64,000 bases of DNA from the NCBI RefSeq assembly GCF_001194135.2, contig NC_068992.1, positions 9,750,873-9,814,872 of the forward strand, in the 5' to 3' direction. This document shows, in pieces, positions 38,513 through 51,659 of this stretch. The notes under the pieces were generated by a model. The model had not been told where the DNA came from, did not search any database, and was given only the letters and a program-made list of their open reading frames with translations. Made by a program: the position numbers and the translations under genes. How positions within the stretch are numbered: position 1 is the first letter of the stretch; every line of letters begins with the position of its first letter. Source of the DNA: Octopus bimaculoides. Lineage: Eukaryota.

Positions 38513-38819
38513 TTAAGTGCGCCTACAAGTCATCATCATCATCATTATCATCATCATTATCATCAACTAACATCTATCTTTATGCTGACATGGAGTATAC
38601 AGGTTGTTACAGTTTTGGTATGTCCTTGCCTGGTGTTACACAGCTCTTTGGTGTGTGACGCAGCAAAGAGCAAGGATTGAGCGGTAATGCAGAGGTGTAA
38701 ACGAGACACAACAGGGGTGATAAGGTCACAGACTGTGACAAAAGAACTTTCACACACCAATAAATCAATTAATTAATTAACTAATTATCTAATTAATTGA
38801 TAATAAACCTGAAGAAGTA

Positions 38820-39099
38820 TAACCAGTGTGTGTGTGTGTGTTTATTGGCAGCATTATTCTCACAAAGTTATATATATATATAATACACATACAAATATGT
38901 GGGTATATGTGTGTGTGTGTGTGTGTATACACACATACACACATATACATGTGTATATATACATGTGTGTATAAATATAATGACATTCATAATGCATATG
39001 TACATACATATATGTATATATATATATACGTATATATACACATTCACACACACACACATACACATAAATGTAAATGGGTGCGATTGAGAGAGGGGGAGA

Positions 39100-39172
<73 letters not shown>

Positions 39173-39821
39173 CATACATATATATATATATATGGATATA
39201 TATATATATGCATACATATATATATGTATATATATATCTATATATATATATATATACATACATACATATATATGTATATATACATACATACATATATATG
39301 TATATATACATACATACATACATATATATATACATACATACATATATATATACATACATACATACATATATATATACATACATACATACATATATATATA
39401 CATACATACATACATATATATATACATACATACATACATATATATATACATACATACATANNNNNNNNNNNNNNNNNNNNNNNNNNNNNNNNNNNNNNNN
39501 NNNNNNNNNNNNNNNNNNNNNNNNNNNNNNNNNNNNNNNNNNNNNNNNNNNNNNNNNNNNNNNNNNNNNNNNNNNNNNNNNNNNNNNNNNNNNNNNNNNN
39601 NNNNNNNNNNNNNNNNNNNNNNNNNNNNNNNNNNNNNNNNNNNNNNNNNNNNNNNNNNNNNNNNNNNNNNNNNNNNNNNNNNNNNNNNNNNNNNNNNNNN
39701 NNNNNNNNNNNNNNNNNNNNNNNNNNNNNNNNNNNNNNNNNNNNNNNNNNNNNNNNNNNNNNNNNNNNNNNNNNNNNNNNNNNNNNNNNNNNNNNNNNNN
39801 NNNNNNNNNNNNNNNNNNNNN

Positions 39822-39860
<39 letters not shown>
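38820..39860. repeat. Long (TA)n/(TACA)n/(TG)n compound tract spanning a gap
   Basis: Directly visible; a similar tract lies at 36680-37110. Confidence 0.95.
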
Positions 39861-39861
<1 letters not shown>

Positions 39862-41311
39862 AGACAAAAGAATTATGGCTGAAAATTATTTCTGAACTCT
39901 TGTTGTTTCCATGGGAAATCAATCAATGAATGAAAACTCATCTATATTTGATTTAACTAATTCTTCAAAGACAGACAGACAGACTACACAAATCGGTGAA
40001 TTCTTTTTTTTTTTTTCTAAAAACTGTCATGAGCAATGAAAGAGAAAGTGTGTGTGTGTGTGTGTGTGTGTGTCTGTGTGTGTGCATATGTGAGAAAAGG
40101 GAGAGAGTGTGGGGGCACGTATATGTGTGTGTGTGTATGTGAGTGAGAAAAGGAGTGAGAAAAGGAGTGAGAGAGTGTGTTTGTGTGTGTGTGTGTGTGT
40201 ATGTGCAATTGTGGTGCCTGTTTTTAGGTGTACAAAGGAAGAGTATATGCATGTATGTGTAGTCAGTATGGTGTGTTTGTATGTGTGTATGTGACGCGTT
40301 GATATGAAAAGTGAAAGATGAAAGGTCTGTCATCATCATCATCACTGTCGTCATCATCATCATCATCATAATCATCAAGTAATCCTATAAAATCGAGTAA
40401 AAATATCCACTTGGTGGTTAATGCCTTTGTTTGGTCAGTTTCGCATAGCACAGACAGTCACACACACACACACATATACCGAATTCATACTAATATTAGA
40501 TTATTTATCTAACAACAAAGATTCTTGAGTAAACTGGAAACTCTCACCAATTCTCTGATAATGTAACTCTCTTGAAAAAAAAAAAAACTTTCTTCCAGCA
40601 TAAAAGTGGAAATTTTCAGACCAAAATTTACAACCCAAAAAAATTTAGGTTTACTTAATACACCAAGATGGTTTTTCAAGGACCAAAAATTCCATGACAA
40701 AAGCAACAGGATTTGGAGAGATAGGGATAATGTTCGTATCTTTACACCACATGTTAACCCTAAACCTAACCCTAACCCTAAATATTATGTTGACTTGTAT
40801 GTCAGAAAATATGGAATATAAAAACTTGAATCCACCATTGCAGGCTGGCACAAGACTTCTATAAGACTTCTACTTTTAACAAAGATGAGTCACATAGACA
40901 CCCAGCATCCCTTTATTGGGGCAAGGCGGCAAAAGGGGTAAAATGTTTGACTACCAGCTCAGGGGCTCTGAGTTCAAATCAACTCCGAGTGAAAATACTT
41001 TCAGGGTTAAGTAACTGGTCTTCTAAGAATGTTTCCTGATAAAGACCAGGGTGAGATTGATCCCTCATCTCCTTAACAATACCCTAATCCTTACCAAGTG
41101 ATACCTCCTGGACCCACATCTCTCAGAACAAGTTGCAGGCCTAATGCTGGTTGTACCAGTATTGGATGGAGACTGCAATATATTCATTTGAAAAGACCCC
41201 TCTACCTAAGATCCAAACAAGTCCTTCGTTAACCTGTGCAAAAGGCAACTTGGCGTGATTGTTCTTTTGAACCCCTTTTCATTTTACAGCTTTTGGTGGG
41301 TTTTATTCTCT

Positions 41312-41600
41312 GCATTGAGAAGTCACGGCTCTGGTATTATGGACATGTGATTAGAATGTCACAGAAAAAAAATCACAAGACAAATTCTTCAAGTTGAGCC
41401 AAATGGCAGGAGACCAAGTGGTAAAAGAAGAATGAGATGGTTGCAAAATATCCATAGTCCAAGTTGGCCATGATTAAGAATCCAGACAGAAGGGCTAGTA
41501 ATGGTAATTTATGATAGGACCCGATGGAGGAGGTGCCTGAAGACCCAACCTACATGACCGTCTCAGGAATAATTAGTGGCAAGGATGGATGGAGAGATGG
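41312..41600 (+). mobile_element. RTE-clade LINE 3' end (same family as 7830)
   Basis: gcattgagaagtcacggctctggtattatggacatgtgattagaatg...cctgaagac; collinear with 7928-8210. Confidence 0.85.
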
Positions 41601-41640
41601 TTCTCTTTGACAAAATTAAGCAACAATCAAACCTTAGACA

Positions 41641-41674
<34 letters not shown>

Positions 41675-42600
41675 GTTTAACGTCCGCTTTCCATGCTAGC
41701 ATGGGTTGGACAATTTGACTGAGGACTGGTGAAACCGGATGGCAACACCAGGCTCAAATCTGATTTGGCAGAGTTTCTACAGCTGGATGCCCTTCCTAAT
41801 GCCAACCACTCAGAGAGTGTAGTGGGTGCTTTTACGTGTCACCCGCACGAAGGCCAGTCAGGCGGTACTGGCAATGGCCACGCTCAAAAATGTGTATTTT
41901 ATGTGCCACCCGCACAAGAGCCAGTCCAGGGACACTGGCACGATCTCGCTCGAATAAAGNNNNNNNNNNNNNNNNNNNNNNNNNNNNNNNNNNNNNNNNN
42001 NNNNNNNNNNNNNNNNNNNNNNNNNNNNNNNNNNNNNNNNNNNNNNNNNNNNNNNNNNNNNNNNNNNNNNNNNNNNNNNNNNNNNNNNNNNNNNNNNNNN
42101 NNNNNNNNNNNNNNNNNNNNNNNNNNNNNNNNNNNNNNNNNNNNNNNNNNNNNNNNNNNNNNNNNNNNNNNNNNNNNNNNNNNNNNNNNNNNNNNNNNNN
42201 NNNNNNNNNNNNNNNNNNNNNNNNNNNNNNNNNNNNNNNNNNNNNNNNNNNNNNNNNNNNNNNNNNNNNNNNNNNNNNNNNNNNNNNNNNNNNNNNNNNN
42301 NNNNNNNNNNNNNNNNNNNNNNNNNNNNNNNNNNNNNNNNNNNNNNNNNNNNNNNNNNNNNNNNNNNNNNNNNNNNNNNNNNNNNNNNNNNNNNNNNNNN
42401 NNNNNNNNNNNNNNNNNNNGGTGTATTTTATGTGCCACCCGCACAAGAGCCAGTCCAGGAGCACTGGCAACGATCTCGCTCGAAAATCCTACGAAGGCCA
42501 GTCACGCGGTACTGGCAACGGCCACGCTCAAAATGGTGTATTTTATGTGCCACCCGCACAAGAGCCAGTCCAGGGACACTGGCACGATCTCGCTCGAATA
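41641..42600 (-). mobile_element. Family A element with an internal 115-bp tandem array spanning a 460-N gap
   Basis: gtgtattttatgtgccacccgcacaagagcc recurs at 42421 and 42536, and at ~41891 before the gap. Confidence 0.9.
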
Positions 42601-42722
42601 AAGCTTTTATCCAGGATGGCATTGATTTCTCATCTCCTTAATGTATTCCATCAACAGCTAAACACAAGCCACCATTTAAGCTTTGCAAAGTGTTTTGGCG
42701 ATATTTACATTTTACGCATTAC

Positions 42723-42800
42723 CTGTTGACAGCTAAAGTGACTTGTCGACTGCAAGAGTCGACTGTCATGTTCAAGGATGCAGACATGACACAATACCAA
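42723..42800 (-). CDS. Candidate 78-nt symmetric exon, unassigned
   Basis: Branch-like ttctaat, acceptor ccttccag, donor CAG|gtaaat; two open frames (LVLCHVCILEHDSRLLQSTSHFSCQQ or WYCVMSASLNMTVDSCSRQVTLAVN). Confidence 0.25.
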
Positions 42801-44800
42801 CTGGAAGGCCATTAGAAATACAATCAACTGCAGAGTGCTAGTATTTTATATGAAGGCTTTACCACTTGGCAACATAGTTTAGTATTTGTTCTACAACCTA
42901 GATACTCAGACATTCATTCTCCCGAGTGTAACAATGAAGTAATTACTAATCAATAAATACGAGTAATGGAGTTACTGTAATCAACTACAGCCCGAAATAG
43001 AATGCCCCAGCATGGCTACAGCCTAGTGATTGAAATTAGTAAGAGAAAAATTTCAGACACAGGTTCAAGGCCAGGAAGTTGCAGTGGTGGAGTTCAGCTG
43101 ATGAAATCAAACCCCGATAAGTTAACAAGCTTGGTATAGTCTTCTGACCTGTTTATTCCTATCAAACCATCCAACCCATGCCAGCATGGAAAATGGATGC
43201 TAAATGATGATGATGATGATGGTGATGATGACGACGACGACGATGACGATGATGATTCTGAAAGAATGAATGGTAAAGTTGGCTTTGGCAGGATTTGAAC
43301 TCAGAATGTAAACAACCAGAATACTGTGAAGTGTTTTGTCTGACACTTTGATGATTCTATTAATTCACTCCACCCCCCACTCCCCTCTCACAAAAAAAAA
43401 CATCAAATAACGAAAGTGTGAGGATCGATTAACATTTCCTTTGGCTTCTGCTTAATACTTAATGGGTAACAGCGAACAGGATGAGATGACATGGAAAAGG
43501 GATTTGTAAAAGAGTACCAAACTAACTAGAATCGTCAAAAGAAATTTGGTGGCCAACACTCTTNNNNNNNNNNNNNNNNNNNNNNNNNNNNNNNNNNNNN
43601 NNNNNNNNNNNNNNNNNNNNNNNNNNNNNNNNNNNNNNNNNNNNNNNNNNNNNNNNNNNNNNNNNNNNNNNNNNNNNNNNNNNNNNNNNNNNNNNNNNNN
43701 NNNNNNNNNNNNNNNNNNNNNNNNNNNNNNNNNNNNNNNNNNNNNNNNNNNNNNNNNNNNNNNNNNNNNNNNNNNNNNNNNNNNNNNNNNNNNNNNNNNN
43801 NNNNNNNNNNNNNNNNNNNNNNNNNNNNNNNNNNNNNNNNNNNNNNNNNNNNNNNNNNNNNNNNNNNNNNNNNNNNNNNNNNNNNNNNNNNNNNNNNNNN
43901 NNNNNNNNNNNNNNNNNNNNNNNNNNNNNNNNNNNNNNNNNNNNNNNNNNNNNNNNNNNNNNNNNNNNNNNNNNNNNNNNNNNNNNNNNNNNNNNNNNNN
44001 NNNNNNNNNNNNNNNNNNNNNNNNNNNNNNNNNNNNNNNNNNNNNNNNNNNNNNNNNNNNNNNNNNNNNNNNNNNNNNNNNNNNNNNNNNNNNNNNNNNN
44101 NNNNNNNNNNNNNNNNNNNNNNNNNNNNNNNNNNNNNNNNNNNNNNNNNNNNNNNNNNNNNNNNNNNNNNNNNNNNNNNNNNNNNNNNNNNNNNNNNNNT
44201 TCCATCCCTAACCCTAACCCTAAAACCCTAACCCTCCCTTCAAAATAAATCGCGCTCTCTGTATGTCTTTCGCTTTTATGACTTCGTTTCCCTGTTTCTC
44301 TCCAACACTTTTTACGGAAAAGGCCGATCTTTGGTAAAGATCGCCGAAGACACTTTTTACGGAAAAGGCCGATATTTAGGACTCGTACCGTAAGATCGCC
44401 ACATTTGGTGTGAATATGGAATCTAGTGAGACTATCTTTCGATTTGTAAACAAAAGTTTTTGAGAAATTAGTTAGGTAAATAGATGGAAAGGTGGATGGA
44501 GGCACAGACATGTGCTTAAGAAGCTCTCTTTGTAACCCAGTGGTTTCAAGTTCAGTCCCACAGCACGTTATCTTCTACTATAGCCCCGGGTCAACCAATG
44601 CTCCATGACTGAAAACGTCATGTATCGGTCCATCCGCTCGCCATCAAATAAATGAATTATGTATTTCTCAGATAGATGTATTTCTCCATAAATTGAATTT
44701 GTAATGATATTTAGATCAAGTAAGTGGGGTAGAAAGTTAGCAAAAGTCTTTTTTAGAAAATTAATCGATGTAATTGTGCAACAAAATCGAAAATATAGGC

Positions 44801-44983
44801 TATTATAGGCACAGTATTCATATATTATTCAAATTAGTCATGATTAATTGATTAAGAAATAAATATTTCATATTAAACAAACATAGTTGTAAATAAACCA
44901 AACATTTCTGTAAAATAAACGAAAGGTGGGGTCTGTTCAAGGGAAGCAACCCGTTTAATATATTTTAGTCATGATGGATTATG
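44801..44983 (+). repeat. ~185-bp direct repeat, copy 1
   Basis: Aligns with 45960-46139 at roughly 90% by eye. Confidence 0.9.
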
Positions 44984-45959
44984 CCCCTTGGTATAATTCT
45001 GCTCTGACGAACAAGCCTGGAGAACATTGTAGTTGAAGTCGCGGATGGGGACGAATAGATTTTAACAAACCTAGCTGACTCAATGATTAACCGAACGATT
45101 AATCAAACAATCGATTATGTAATTGACTAAATGGTTAACCAGTTGAAAAGTAGAAATAAAAAAGTGAAATAGAACCAGAGCGTGTGTTTATTGTTGGCAT
45201 AATAACCCACCCGAGGCACATGAGTTCACATCAAAATACTTGCAAACCAAACACAAAAGCGTGACCATCCCCACCGCCGACTTCCAGAAAAACAGATATT
45301 TTTTTAATGAAGTTGCTACAAATACCTCGAGGATGGTACAGACTATATCGGAACTTAATGTGTCCCCATTAAAAAACAACAATGTATGTATGTATATGTG
45401 GAGATTTTTATGTTTTGTTTTATGTGTGTATTCTCGTGCCCATACTCGCATACATAGACGTACTCATATATACTTATATGATAAACTTCTGGAAAGTTTT
45501 ACAGACTTTTACAGTTCCAATGATGGATTGTATCTGTAGTCTTCGAATCAGCTTTCTGGTTTGTTTGTATGTATGAATGTATCCATCACGTATATATCTA
45601 CAAAATGTAGCTTAAAATTTTGAAAAGATTATGTAATGTAAGTGTGTATGTGTGCACGCCCACCAATTTTTTTTTTTTTTTTTTCATATTAAATTCCGAT
45701 ATAATCGTAATCTAAATTATATCAAAGGTATTTGTAGAAAATTTCATCAAAAAAATATTCATTTTTCTGGAAACCAAAAGCGAATGATTGCAATTTGGGA
45801 GTGAAAAGGGATACGATGTAGAGAGGGGTTTGAGCTTTTTGTGAAAATAATAGGGGTTAATACGAAGTGAAACAGTTTCATCCGTGACACCAAATTCACT
45901 TTCGATAGGAGCTTAACCAGCAAGTTCTTGTGGTAATAGCTTCATTCTTGGCCATGTTC

Positions 45960-46139
45960 TATTATAGGTATAGTATTCATATATTATTCAAATTAGTCAT
46001 GGTTAATTGATTAAGAAATATTTCATATTAAGAAACATAGTTGTAAATAAATCATAAAATTTTCTGTAAAATAAACGAAAGGTGGTGTCTGTTCAAGGGA
46101 AGCAACCCGTTTAATATATTTTAGTCATAATGGATTATG
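45960..46139 (+). repeat. ~185-bp direct repeat, copy 2
   Basis: Shares cagtattcatatattattcaaattagtcatg...gtctgttcaagggaagcaacccgtttaatatattttagtcat with 44801. Confidence 0.9.
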
Positions 46140-47441
46140 TAAAGGGTTGTGCAAAATATGTTAAACCCTACCTCCGTGAATGACTGATACATAATTCAGT
46201 GATATCCTCCCCATCTTCCCACCCCAGTAATCAATGAATGGTTAAGCTATATAAAAACCAATCTCTTTAAGGCTGGAAGATGCTATGGCTAATGTTTATG
46301 ACATTCATATTCATAGCACTGCTGAATGATCGTAACTTTGTGTTGAGATCAGTTAACCAGCTCTGATGTCTTCACTTCTGCTACCAATTCTACTTAGAAT
46401 AAATAGCATTATAACAGATAGAAGTTTAACAAAAACCGTAATAATCCTCATACTAGATATCTTTTTAGTATTTACTTTCTACATTCAAATTTAGATAGAT
46501 AGATATATAGATAGATGTGTGTGTGTGTGTGCGTGTAAGATATACCTAAAAAAAACAAAGAAAATGAAACAGACAGACATGTTCTGCATCTGTGTATAAA
46601 TATGGAAGTTCTAAATTTTTTTTCTTTGCAAATATTTTTTCTTATTTTTAAGTTCCATTTCATTCTACAATTTATAATTTTTTCAAAAATCAATTACTGT
46701 ATTAAATCTTGTTGCTTCTTCTTTATTAGACAGGAGTGGTCTGAACTAGAACTTAAACTAAAAACACATTTCTTTTATTGTATAAATCTAAATTTAGGTT
46801 TTCTCTATGCAAATGATTATCCTTCACCTGTTTCACACACACACACATACAGAGAGAGACAGAGAAAGAGATACATATATATATATATATATATANNNNN
46901 NNNNNCTTTTGTTGTCTTACCATCACTATTAATATATATGTATATATATGTATATATATAGAGCCATAACACACACACACATATACAAACAAATGAAAAG
47001 AAGAAAAAGACAAAGAAAATTCTTTAACACATCTTTAATTATATGGCTAGATGGCCTTTATAGTGTGTGCTCAGTTCTTTAATCGTGCCAGTGGCACTAT
47101 TGAGGCAGTGTGTCCAGGTGGTCCCTTGGAACAGAAGAGCAAAGAATGTGGATGTGAGTTTGTATGGGGGAAGGGGTGCAAGGGATAAGGGAAACGGGAG
47201 CAGAGAGATAAAGAACTTCTGTGAAGAATGGTTTAGGACTGAATGGTGGACGGAGGGAGGAAGACTAGCAAAAGGATAGTAATAATGGTAGGGTTGACAG
47301 TGGGGAGAACAAGAGAGAGGGGTGATGTGTGTTTGGATAGGCTGGAGCAGAGACAGAAAGAGAGATAGACAAGCACAGAGCATGAGGAGAGATAGGTTGG
47401 TGGTCCAGTGGGAGCGAAAAGGATTATTAATTTAATGTAGG

Positions 47442-47760
47442 TGCAGGAGTGGCTATGTGGTAAGTAGCTTGCTTACCAACCACATGGTTCTGGGTTCAGT
47501 CCCACTGTGTGGCATCTTGGGCAAGTGTCTTCTACTATAGCCTCAGGCCGACCAAAGCCTTGTGAGTGGATTTGGTAGACGGAAACGGAAAAAGAAGCCC
47601 GTCGTATATATGTATATATATATATGTGTGTGTATATATGTTTGTGTGTCTGTGTTTGTCCCCCCAACATCGCTTGACAACCGATGCTGGTGTGCTTACG
47701 TCCCCGTAACTTAGCGGTTCGGCGAAACAGACCGATAGAATAAGTACTAGGCTTACAAAG
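47442..47760 (+). mobile_element. SINE family B, truncated by a gap
   Basis: Near-identical to 7405. Confidence 0.92.
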
Positions 47761-48975
47761 NNNNNNNNNNNNNNNNNNNNNNNNNNNNNNNNNNNNNNNN
47801 NNNNNNNNNNNNNNNNNNNNNNNNNNNNNNNNNNNNNNNNNNNNNNNNNNNNNNNNNNNNNNNNNNNNNNNNNNNNNNNNNNNNNNNNNNNNNNNNNNNN
47901 NNNNNNNNNNNNNNNNNNNNNNNNNNNNNNNNNNNNNNNNNNNNNNNNNNNNNNNNNNNNNNNNNNNNNNNNNNNNNNNNNNNNNNNNNNNNNNNNNNNN
48001 NNNNNNNNNNNNNNNNNNNNNNNNNNNNNNNNNNNNNNNNNNNNNNNNNNNNNNNNNNNNNNNNNNNNNNNNNNNNNNNNNNNNNNNNNNNNNNNNNNNN
48101 NNNNNNNNNNNNNNNNNNNNNNNNNNNNNNNNNNNNNNNNNNNNNNNNNNNNNNNNNNNNNNNNNNNNNNNNNNNNNNNNNNNNNNNNNNNNNNNNNNNN
48201 NNNNNNNNNNNNNNNNNNNNNNNNNNNNNNNNNNNNNNNNNNNNNNNNNNNNNNNNNNNNNNNNNNNNNNNNNNNNNNNNNNNNNNNNNNNNNNNNNNNN
48301 NNNNNNNNNNNNNNNNNNNNNNNNNNNNNNNNNNNNNNNNNNNNNNNNNNNNNNNNNNNNNNNNNNNNNNNNNNNNNNNNNNNNNNNNNNNNNNNNNNNN
48401 NNNNNNNNNNNNNNNNNNNNNNNNNNNNNNNNNNNNNNNNNNNNNNNNNNNNNNNNNNNNNNNNNNNNNNNNNNNNNNNNNNNNNNNNNNNNNNNNNNNN
48501 NNNNNNNNNNNNNNNNNNNNNNNNNNNNNNNNNNNNNNNNNNNNNNNNNNNNNNNNNNNNNNNNNNNNNNNNNNNNNNNNNNNNNNNNNNNNNNNNNNNN
48601 NNNNNNNNNNNNNNNNNNNNNNNNNNNNNNNNNNNNNGTTACAGAGGTTTAAATGTTGATTATTTTTACCCAGTCAGAAAACCGGAATTGGAAGCTGGTA
48701 TTTTTTGTGTGATAACTTTTATTAGATAAGATAAAGGCAATATATTACGACGACAAAAAGTTGTAAGAAGTTTTGCAGTTTTAAGTAAGTTTCAATGAAT
48801 AAAGTCATGTGAAACGTTGGAACAGGAAATATAACAAGGAAATATCCTCAACGAGATTTTTTTTTTTTTTTTGCGAAAAATTACAAAAGAACAAACTGGA
48901 CATTATACTACTGTAGCTCAGTTCATGTAAACAAAAGCGGAAATTCAAATCCGAAAGTTTGAGAGACATTAGGAC

Positions 48976-50590
48976 AGTGTTTCTCACGTACGTCTGTTAG
49001 AGTGGGTTGTGAAAATTTTGGCAAGTGACTTGAGGGCACACTTGTCAACCCTAAGCCTGTCTTTGGACACTGAAATGAAGAATGAATATCATTGCCAGGC
49101 AATATTTATACGTAAACCATGGGGATCGATGTAGCTACGACCAATCAGCGTCACGAGTGAGGAATCGGCATTTGTTAGGCGTTTATTTCTCTGTTTCAAT
49201 ATCTATTGTCCAGTGTCAAACGTCTATAGAAACAGTAGTCAACTCCGCTCACTATTGTCGATTGATGCTTGGAATCTCTTTCTTTCTACGCTGTGCAAAA
49301 ATCGTCATCCCTATCGCTTCATCATTTTCTTAGATTTTGTGTTAGTCCTTTTTAAAATGAGTAAACAAAGCGCAAGAAGAAGACTCGTCAATATTCGGTG
49401 GAGTTTTTGAAGTTTGAGTTTATTCTCGATGAGCATGATGAGTGTAAACAGTTCTGCTTATTGTGTCATCAGAAAACGAGCAGTGAATCAATGAAGGCAG
49501 GCTAAAAGCGCACTTGAGGATAAGGCATCCCAACAATTCTAATTCAGATTTGGAGTACTTCAAATCACTGAAAGAAAATTTTGAAAACTGAACAAAACTC
49601 ACTTCATTATTTGCTGCACAACATGCATCCCACATTCGTGCCCTCGAAGCCAGCTATGAAATCTCCCTGCTTATAGCAAAACATGGAAAGAATCATATTA
49701 TGGAAGAGTAACTGATTAAACCAGCCATCTCAATATTCTTAAAAACTGTGCAACAAAAAGGTGATAGAGATGTCAGGGTCATGCCACTCGGTAATAACAC
49801 TGTCTCCAACAGAATTGATGAAATGGAGCAAGATGTTGAGAACCAGCTTATTGAGACATTAAAATTACAAGAATTCTCATTACAAATAGATGAATCTACA
49901 TTTCAGGACAGTGAGACCCTGTTATTGATTTATGTGAAATATATTGAGCACAAGGCTTTTCAGGAAGAGATGTTGTTTTGCACATCATTGGAAACCACAA
50001 CTGCAAAGCATGTCAAGTAAACAGTAAGTCGACCTCTACCAGCAAATGATGGTAGTGATGACGCAAAATTTGGTTTATATTTTCAGTTGAATGCCACATT
50101 AGAAGAAATACCAGCATATCTACACAAGTGTGCTCCTCCATCACTTTGTTTCCTCATGACTTCCAGAAAAGTGGATATTTTTAACACATTTACATTACTT
50201 GGATGCAAACAAAATACCAAAAGAAAACTTATTGTTATGCACAGCAGACGATGCACCTGCTATGATGGGCAAGAAAACAGGATGCTTAAAAATGATGAAG
50301 GATGAAAATCCAAACATGATGATTGTCCATTGCGTTATACACTGACAAAACTTGGTTGCCAAGACACTGTCCCCTATTCTTAACGAGATTCAACAAGCTG
50401 TGATCAAGTGTGTCAATAGCATTAAAGCAAATCCCAAAACCGAATGTCTTTTGAAGCAGTTTTGTATAAATCAAAGTGCCAAGTATGTTCAATTATCGCT
50501 TCATACAGAAGAAAGGTGGTTATCAAGTGGAAATAGCTTAAAAAGATTCATGGAATTATTTGATCAGCTTAATGACTTTCTCAATGATGG
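48976..50590 (+). mobile_element. hAT Buster/Charlie-type transposon: 5' end and inactivated transposase (BED finger plus DDE core; ZBED5/ZBED8-like family)
   Basis: Starts cagtgtttctca; translates KKTRQYSVEFLKF...CLLC...HL...H; EASYEISLLIAKHGKNH; SNRIDEM; FSLQIDEST; DDAPAMMG; HCVIH; HTEERWLS; stops, frameshifts and an insertion; no 3' TIR found. Confidence 0.92.
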
Positions 50591-50697
50591 AGTTAGGGTT
50601 TAGGGTTTAAAGTTAGAATTAGGGGTTAGAGTTTAGGGCTTAGGGTTGGGGGTTAGGATTACAATTAGGGTTTAGAGTTTAGAGTTGGTGCTTAGGT
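50591..50697 (+). repeat. Degenerate (TTAGGG)-like tract
   Basis: gttagggtttagggtttaaagttagaattaggggttagagtttagggcttagggttggggttagg... Confidence 0.85.
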
Positions 50698-51329
50698 CAG
50701 TCTGACCAGTGGATAACCTGGGATTAATCAATTAGGGACCTATTTTTAGTGAACATTTTATCAAACTTTTTTCCAGAACAAGTGAATAACAAAATCAGAT
50801 TCAGGGTGAGAAATTACATCAATTTACCATGTTTAGAAAAAAGTACATTTGTAGCAAAACAAAAACGAGCAGACATCTTGGATTGTTACTATGGAAACAG
50901 GCATTAAAATTAACCAAGATTTGTAAACTTTAAAAGCTATTAACTTTTATTTAATTTATGGCAAAAATGAATTTCATTAACATGATTAGCATACAAAACT
51001 ACATCAATACACTGAATTTGAAATCAATTAGAAAAATCAAAAGAATTGAAAACTGTGAACCAAACAAAAAATCCCATGAAAAGTCATAAGTCAAGATATG
51101 CCTATATATCATCATCATCGTCATCATCATTTAACATTCACTTTTCCATTGTGCATGGGTCAGATGGAATTGGTTGAGGCAGATTTTCTACAGCCAGATG
51201 CTCTTCCTGTTGCCAAACCTCACCTATTTCCCATGGCTAGACATATTTTTCATGCAAGACTGGAAACAAATAACATCACTTGTAAGACAGCAAGATCATT
51301 TACAACCATCATGTGATGTCAAGACAAAG

Positions 51330-51363
<34 letters not shown>

Positions 51364-51659
51364 TATTCTGTGTCTGAGGTGTGTCATTCTCTTTTAGTGC
51401 CTTATTACTCAACACACTCACTGGTTTGATTTCCACTCATTTACTTATTTATATTTTCTAAAATTTTCGTTGCATCTTGTAACCTTTTCAGTAGTCATTA
51501 GCTCTGTTCGTTATCAGAGATGTGTTCTTTTTGTTTGTTTGTTTGTTTGTGCACATGTGTGTGTGTGTGTCAGTGTGCATGAACACATAAACACACACAT
51601 AAACATGCAGATACATACAAACGTACACACATGCATACAAACGCATACATCTGAAGTGT

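Noticed and set aside
45003-45050. CTGACGA as a possible hammerhead ribozyme core
   Set aside because: No correctly placed GAAA or stems I and III.
46138-46416. Possible solo LTR (TGT...ACA with TATATAAAA and AATAAA)
   Set aside because: The flanks gatta/gatag are not a clean TSD, the 5' TG belongs to the direct repeat, and there is no PBS/PPT or second copy.
50591-50697. True telomere or chromosome fusion site
   Set aside because: Short, degenerate, single orientation and internal; no head-to-head TTAGGG/CCCTAA junction.
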